Source: an uncultured virus (IMG/VR IMGVR_UViG_2851443076_000002) (Duplodnaviria; Heunggongvirae; Uroviricota; Caudoviricetes). Taken from it: 20,000 bases of DNA. A program made the translations under genes and the position numbers. The stretch spans positions 50,036-70,035 of IMG/VR virus record IMGVR_UViG_2851443076_000002. One strand, 5' to 3'. Below are positions 15,431-20,000 of this stretch, piece by piece (position 1 is the stretch's first letter; each line of letters begins with the position of its first letter). Under the pieces are notes generated by a model. It did not search any database. It had not been told where the DNA came from and saw only the letters and a list, made by a program, of their open reading frames with translations.

Positions 15431-15578
15431 TTTGCAATGCGGTGAATGCGGCTATGCGCACGCGACACAGTTAAAAAAGTAAACATGGCGGTTATTCACA
15501 CGTTGTGGGGAAAAAGTTGTCGGCGGTAGTTGTTAACTGGCTGCCGTCACCGGGAGGCACCCGGCGCCGCATTGCAAA
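15431..15578 (+). ncRNA. Structured RNA, copy 3 of the 3-copy motif
   Basis: TTTGCAATGCGGTG/CGCCGCATTGCAAA closing stem. 19-nt identity TCACCGGGAGGCACCCGGC with the reverse complement of 2324-2342. CAGTTAA/TTAACTG loop pairing. Confidence 0.72.
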
Positions 15579-15613
15579 ACCACATCCTAATAATGAGTTA
15601 ACTGGAGATAACT

Positions 15614-15736
15614 ATGAAGGATTTTGCCCGAGTACCTACCGGGAACCAGGCGACCCGCCTGAACTGGTTCGAGGTGAGACTACGCCAGCTGTGTTACTTA
15701 CTGGCGCAGAAAGGAAACCCTGAGGCTGAGGCATGA
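15614..15736 (+). CDS. 40-aa early-left protein (not in the ORF track)
   Basis: MKDFARVPTGNQATRLNWFEVRLRQLCYLLAQKGNPEAEA; GGAGA RBS; stop overlaps the next ATG (ATGA). Confidence 0.72.
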   Translation: MKDFARVPTGNQATRLNWFEVRLRQLCYLLAQKGNPEAEA

Positions 15737-15927
15737 ATACCCTGTTTGCCCTTGTCATCAGCGTATGTGCTCTCACTGGTGAATGCTCTGATGTTCTGAT
15801 CGGTGTTTATCCATCAGAGGCCAGTTGCAACAGCAACGCGGATGAACAAAAAGTACAGGGCCAGTGCCTCCCCTACCGAAATGCACAAAACATGGCTGAC
15901 GACCAACAGCCTGCAGTGAGTTTTTGA
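15733..15927 (+). CDS. DUF1482 (YebW-like) protein
   Basis: MNTLFALVISVCALTGECSDVLIGVYPSEASC...GQCLP pattern. Confidence 0.8.
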   Translation: MNTLFALVISVCALTGECSDVLIGVYPSEASCNSNADEQKVQGQCLPYRNAQNMADDQQPAVSF

Positions 15928-15969
15928 ATCGAGTTTTGACCAATGGCCGTTACGGCCGGAGAAGTGATT

Positions 15970-16314
15970 ATGGAATTTGGAATGAAACGCGTTCTGGCAT
16001 CTGTCCAGGCCGCCGCCACTTTGAATAAGCTCTATGACGGCTCGCCCGTTTCACTGACGGCCATCAGTAAAGAGTCAAAGCTGTCTACTTCATACCTTGA
16101 GCAGATCTTCAAAAAGCTGCGGGCGGGTAACCTGGTTATTTCACAGCGTGGCCCAGGTGGTGGTTATAGCCCCCGCGGCGATGACATCACCGTTACAGAA
16201 GTGATCACTGCGGTATCTAAACTGCCAGCCCATAAAACTTTTGAGCCTATCCTGCGAGCGCTTGACGACGTTCGCGTATCACAGCTGCTGCGGGGCGATT
16301 CGCCAGCCCCATAA
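15970..16314 (+). CDS. Rrf2-family (IscR-like) wHTH regulator with no cysteines
   Basis: LSTSYLEQIFKKLRAGNLVISQRGPGGGY; GGAGAAG RBS before ATG 15970. Confidence 0.88.
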   Translation: MEFGMKRVLASVQAAATLNKLYDGSPVSLTAISKESKLSTSYLEQIFKKLRAGNLVISQRGPGGGYSPRGDDITVTEVITAVSKLPAHKTFEPILRALDDVRVSQLLRGDSPAP

Positions 16315-16319
16315 AGCAC

Positions 16320-16341
16320 AAAACCCGCGCAAGGCGGGTTA
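16320..16341. terminator. Hairpin, probable terminator
   Basis: AAAACCCGC-GCAAG-GCGGGTT; the U tract is better on the minus strand. Confidence 0.55.
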
Positions 16342-16455
16342 AGTACCCGGTCAGCCGACCAAAGCTTTCCGGAATCGAGTTTTGACCAATGACCACCACC
16401 AGGGCGGCTGCCATCAGCTGCCGGGTATCTTACAATCCAAAGGAGCCCAAACGCA

Positions 16456-18594
16456 ATGAACAACTACCCGTATCTCATTAAAGCTAAGGCAAAAGCAAAC
16501 GAAGCGAAAAGCCTCTTCTGCTGGTTCTCTGCTAAATCCGATTCTCGCGCCGAGCGCAAAATCCTGGACATCCTGGAAGACGCTGAAATTAACGTTGGCC
16601 GCGGCGCCAGCCATCAGCTGCCGATCCGCACCAACTGGCTCATCGTTGATGACTTACCGGAAGAAGGTGTACTGGATGACACCTGGTGCGATCGCTACGA
16701 GCTTGGTGGTGAAGACGGGCTGACATGGCAAAAAATCGTTGTGCCGGCGGCTGCTGAACTACAGCCCTCCAGTAAACCAGAAAACGATATCTCTCCTGCA
16801 AATAGTGATGAAGAAGACTATTCGAACAATGAAGAAGCACTCTTCAACCTGGCGGAAATGTCATTCCGCACGCAGCTGCTTGCCCAGTATATGGCCGACG
16901 AGCGTCACGTGTATCACATTAGCATTCCTCATCGTAACCGCCTTTCAGCGATGGAAATGGATACGGATAATCACGGTGTGCAGAATCTGCTGCTGACGGC
17001 AGAAAATATTCCGGAGCTTAAAAAATATGATATGCCTGGCCTGTGGAAATTTACCAGTGCATTTAAGAGCGTATTTCCTGTGGGGAAACGCCATGAGCTC
17101 GGCAAGCAAATTCAGTTCGCCAAATTGTGGCTTGAAACGTCGCACATTGACCGCGGGATCCTTACAAAGGAATGGGCTGCTGGAAACTATATCACCTCAA
17201 TAAACAAAACCGATGCCGGCGCCAATGCTGGCGGCGGTAATAAAACTGACCGCAATCCGGATTATCAGCATTCGCTGGATACTCTGGATATAGAGATCGC
17301 TCTTGCAACGATGCCTATGGATTTTGACATCTATAATTTTCCGGCATCAGTCCACCGCCGCGCGAAGGAAATAGTACAGAAGAAAGAAAGTCCATTTAAA
17401 GAATGGTCTGCAGCATTACGGAGCACACCAGGCATCCTTGATTATTCCCGTGCAGCGATTTTTGCACTGATCAGGGAGGCTTCCAGTGGAATAACTCCTT
17501 TTCCAGATCGGTTGCGTGGCTACATCAACGCGAATCTGACTGAACATAAGCATGATACCCCGAGCGCTGAAACGCTTGCCAAAGCGGGGCATATTCCATC
17601 TGCAGCAGTCACTCTGGATGCAATAAACCAAGCAATCGCCGGAGATGATAGCAGCGCAAACCTGGAAACACTCTCCTCCGACTTTAAAGCAGTTGGTACC
17701 GAACTGGTAAAAGAGGCTCAAAAGCAACGTCCAGACGCTAATCAGGTTCTGGCCTCCGAGCGCGGCGAATATGTTGAAGGGATTAGCGACCCTACGGATC
17801 CGAAGTGGATAACCGAAGACCTTACCAAGACCAGGCAGCCTGAAGTTTCAAAAATTGGGGACGGAGTATTTTCCATTGACGATCTTGTTGATGTTAAGGG
17901 CAAGGTTAACCAAAAAGAAAAAACAGATGAAGTTGTTCATCAAACGGATGCTGTAGATATTGAATCCGGTCATCATAATAAGGATGAAGATCAGCCAATT
18001 GATTATGTTCACGTTATGGTTGATCTGGAAACCATGGGTAAAAAAAATAACGCCCCTATCGTCGCTATTGGTGCGGTTGTTTTTGACCCGACAACCGGCT
18101 CTATTGGAGAAAGTTTCTATAAAGTCGTATGCCTTGAATCCTCTGTGAACTGGGGCGCCGTAATCGATCCATCTACTGTTATCTGGTGGCTTAAGCAGTC
18201 CTCCGAAGCACGCTCTGCGATCGTAAATGATGATGCTATCCCGTTGCAGGATGCATTACTCCAGTTTAGAGAATTTGTTTCTGATAATGTCGCTGGTGGG
18301 AGCAAAAAGGCGCAGGTATGGGGTAACGGTGCGTCATTCGACAACTCTATTCTGCGTTCTTCTTACGATTGCATTGCTGAAGATTATCCGTGGGAATACT
18401 GGAACGATCGGGACGTACGAACAATGGTAGAGCTCGGCCAGGCCATTAGCTTCGACCCCAAAACAACGATCCCGTTTGAAGGGTCTCGTCACAATGCCCT
18501 AGCTGATGCTATTCATCAGGCCCGCTATGTATCAGCGATCTGGCAGCGAATGATTGCCGGCAATCAGGTGCTGCAAAAATTGATGCAAAACTGA
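16456..18594 (+). CDS. RecE/ExoVIII-like N-terminal region fused to a DEDDh 3'-5' exonuclease
   Basis: N-terminal region with DDLPEEG..D.TWCDRYEL and AGGGNKTDR motifs; C-terminal MVDLETMG, WGNGASFD, RDVRT, HNALADA. AGGAG RBS. Confidence 0.85.
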   Translation: MNNYPYLIKAKAKANEAKSLFCWFSAKSDSRAERKILDILEDAEINVGRGASHQLPIRTNWLIVDDLPEEGVLDDTWCDRYELGGEDGLTWQKIVVPAAAELQPSSKPENDISPANSDEEDYSNNEEALFNLAEMSFRTQLLAQYMADERHVYHISIPHRNRLSAMEMDTDNHGVQNLLLTAENIPELKKYDMPGLWKFTSAFKSVFPVGKRHELGKQIQFAKLWLETSHIDRGILTKEWAAGNYITSINKTDAGANAGGGNKTDRNPDYQHSLDTLDIEIALATMPMDFDIYNFPASVHRRAKEIVQKKESPFKEWSAALRSTPGILDYSRAAIFALIREASSGITPFPDRLRGYINANLTEHKHDTPSAETLAKAGHIPSAAVTLDAINQAIAGDDSSANLETLSSDFKAVGTELVKEAQKQRPDANQVLASERGEYVEGISDPTDPKWITEDLTKTRQPEVSKIGDGVFSIDDLVDVKGKVNQKEKTDEVVHQTDAVDIESGHHNKDEDQPIDYVHVMVDLETMGKKNNAPIVAIGAVVFDPTTGSIGESFYKVVCLESSVNWGAVIDPSTVIWWLKQSSEARSAIVNDDAIPLQDALLQFREFVSDNVAGGSKKAQVWGNGASFDNSILRSSYDCIAEDYPWEYWNDRDVRTMVELGQAISFDPKTTIPFEGSRHNALADAIHQARYVSAIWQRMIAGNQVLQKLMQN

Positions 18595-18646
18595 TTTTTT
18601 ATTTTCAGATACTGGCCCAGCAATGGGCCATAATGAGGTAAAACAT

Positions 18647-18892
18647 ATGCTTCAGATGTTAACCCTTGAAGAGTGGGCAAACGAGAAATATAGAAGCAAT
18701 CCTCCAAGCGTTTCCACTCTCAGGAATTATGCTAAACAGAATATGTTTTCTCCCCCAGCCAAAAAAGAAGGTCGATTCTGGCGCGTCAGGGAGGATGCTG
18801 AGTTGGTCGGTACATTGACCACTCCTGTAGTAAAGAAAAGCGACCCTGTTCTTTTGCAGAGGATTTTGAACGATGGCTGCCAGACCACGTAA
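18647..18892 (+). CDS. xis: Excisionase
   Basis: MLQMLTLEEWANEKYRSNPPSVSTLRNYAK...PPAKKEGRFWRVREDA; GAGGT RBS; overlaps the int start. Confidence 0.92.
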   Translation: MLQMLTLEEWANEKYRSNPPSVSTLRNYAKQNMFSPPAKKEGRFWRVREDAELVGTLTTPVVKKSDPVLLQRILNDGCQTT

Positions 18893-20000
18893 AAATAATA
18901 TATCTATTCCAAATTTATACCCGCTCTACAGTAGAAAGGTTAATAAAGTATACTGGCGTTATAAGCACCCGATAACTGGTAAGTTTCATAGTCTAGGAAC
19001 AGATGAAGCAGAGGCCACGGCAATAGCTATTGAAGCAAATAAAAGACTGGCGGAACAACAAACCCGCCAGATAATGGCAGTCACTGACAGAATTTCCTCC
19101 AGCTCAGGAAAATCAATATCAACTAACACCTGGCTTGAACGTTACTGGAAGATTCAGCAGGAAAGATTAAAGTCCGGAGATATTAAAGAAAACACTATCA
19201 AACAAAAAGCAAAACCAGTATCTCTGCTTAAGGAGCGGGTAGGAATGAAATTAATATCCGCTGTCAATGTTCGAGATGTTGCGCAAATTCTTGATGAATA
19301 TTTAGCGGAGGGACAACCCAGAATGGCTCAGGTCATTCGCTCTGTCCTAATAGATGTTTTTAAAGAAGCTCAGCATGCGGGAGAAGTACCTCCTGGTTAT
19401 AACCCTGCACTAGCAACTAAACAACCTCGTAGAAAGATCACTCGCCAGCGCCTCACTCTTGAGGAATGGCAAAAGATTTTTGATATAGCCGATGAAAATC
19501 ACAAATACATGGGGAACGCCATGCTTTTAGCCATAGTAACAGGACAGCGACTAGGTGATATATCCCGTATGAAATTCTCGGACATCTGGGACGATCATCT
19601 ACACGTTGAGCAAGAGAAAACCGGAAGCAAAATCGCTATACCATTAGCTCTGCGTTGCAACGCAATCAACTGGAGCCTCCGAGATGTAATCAGTCGTTGC
19701 CGGGATTATGCAGTAAGCCCTTATTTGGTTCATTTCTTTAGAACCACCTCACAGGCTGAGCGAGGAGCACAGGTGAAACCCAGAACACTGACCATGAATT
19801 TCAGCAAGGCAAGAGACAGTGCAGATATTGACTGGGGACAAGGTACACCGGCAACTTTCCATGAACAAAGATCGCTTTCCGAGCGGTTATATAAAGCCCA
19901 GGGTATAAACACGAAAGATTTACTTGGACATAAAACTCAACAACAAACGGATAGGTACCATGATGATCGTGGGAAGGGGTGGACAACGGTGGCCTTATGA
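18873..20000 (+). CDS. int: Lambda-family tyrosine integrase
   Basis: N-terminal arm-binding domain; catalytic R (TGQR), K (EKTG), HEQR, LGH, Y (DRYH); stop codon at 19998-20000. Confidence 0.97.
   Translation: MAARPRKNNISIPNLYPLYSRKVNKVYWRYKHPITGKFHSLGTDEAEATAIAIEANKRLAEQQTRQIMAVTDRISSSSGKSISTNTWLERYWKIQQERLKSGDIKENTIKQKAKPVSLLKERVGMKLISAVNVRDVAQILDEYLAEGQPRMAQVIRSVLIDVFKEAQHAGEVPPGYNPALATKQPRRKITRQRLTLEEWQKIFDIADENHKYMGNAMLLAIVTGQRLGDISRMKFSDIWDDHLHVEQEKTGSKIAIPLALRCNAINWSLRDVISRCRDYAVSPYLVHFFRTTSQAERGAQVKPRTLTMNFSKARDSADIDWGQGTPATFHEQRSLSERLYKAQGINTKDLLGHKTQQQTDRYHDDRGKGWTTVAL

Larger units (their letters stand above)
15926..16391 (+). repeat. 20-bp exact direct repeat flanking the Rrf2 gene
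   Basis: GAATCGAGTTTTGACCAATG at 15926-15945 and 16372-16391; related copies on the minus strand at 13591-13615 and 12102-12120. Confidence 0.9.
1..20000. mobile_element. Lambdoid prophage (int to lysis)
   Basis: Canonical order int-xis-exo-cI/cro/cII-O/P-nin-like-Q-S/R/Rz. Confidence 0.97.

Noticed and set aside
15505..15723. 72-aa ORF in the track
   Set aside because: Overlaps RNA motif copy 3; the RBS-supported frame is 15614-15736.
16410..16623. 14-bp direct repeat GCCATCAGCTGCCG 200 bp apart
   Set aside because: Only two copies, one inside coding sequence, with no supporting context; may be chance.
19990..20000. Attachment site
   Set aside because: The window ends at the integrase stop codon, so att lies outside it.

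Overview
This window is the integrase-to-lysis half of a lambdoid prophage from an Enterobacteriaceae host, with a Gifsy/Rac/Qin-like gene repertoire. Reading from the right end: tyrosine integrase, excisionase, a RecE-N/DEDDh exonuclease fusion, Rrf2, DUF1482 and YdfB-like early-left genes, then a CI-like repressor with no peptidase domain facing cro-like ydaS and cII-like ydaT. Next come the DnaT-domain replication initiator (with 11-bp iterons), an overlapping P-like gene, and PerC. An AT-rich cargo block (~5.9-11.45 kb) carries two convergent HEPN-motif genes and an ABC-ATPase-TOPRIM + Dam-type methyltransferase operon. It is followed by a LexA-box dinI operon, DUF968, a Q-like gene, an RNA/moron-rich Q-lysis interval, and pinholin, SAR endolysin and the start of Rz. 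The two most notable observations are: (1) a pseudoknotted ~110-150 nt RNA motif present three times with clear covariation, two copies having their own promoter in identical register; (2) the ATPase-TOPRIM/methyltransferase and HEPN candidate anti-phage cargo. Family assignments come from recognised motifs and synteny, not from database searches.
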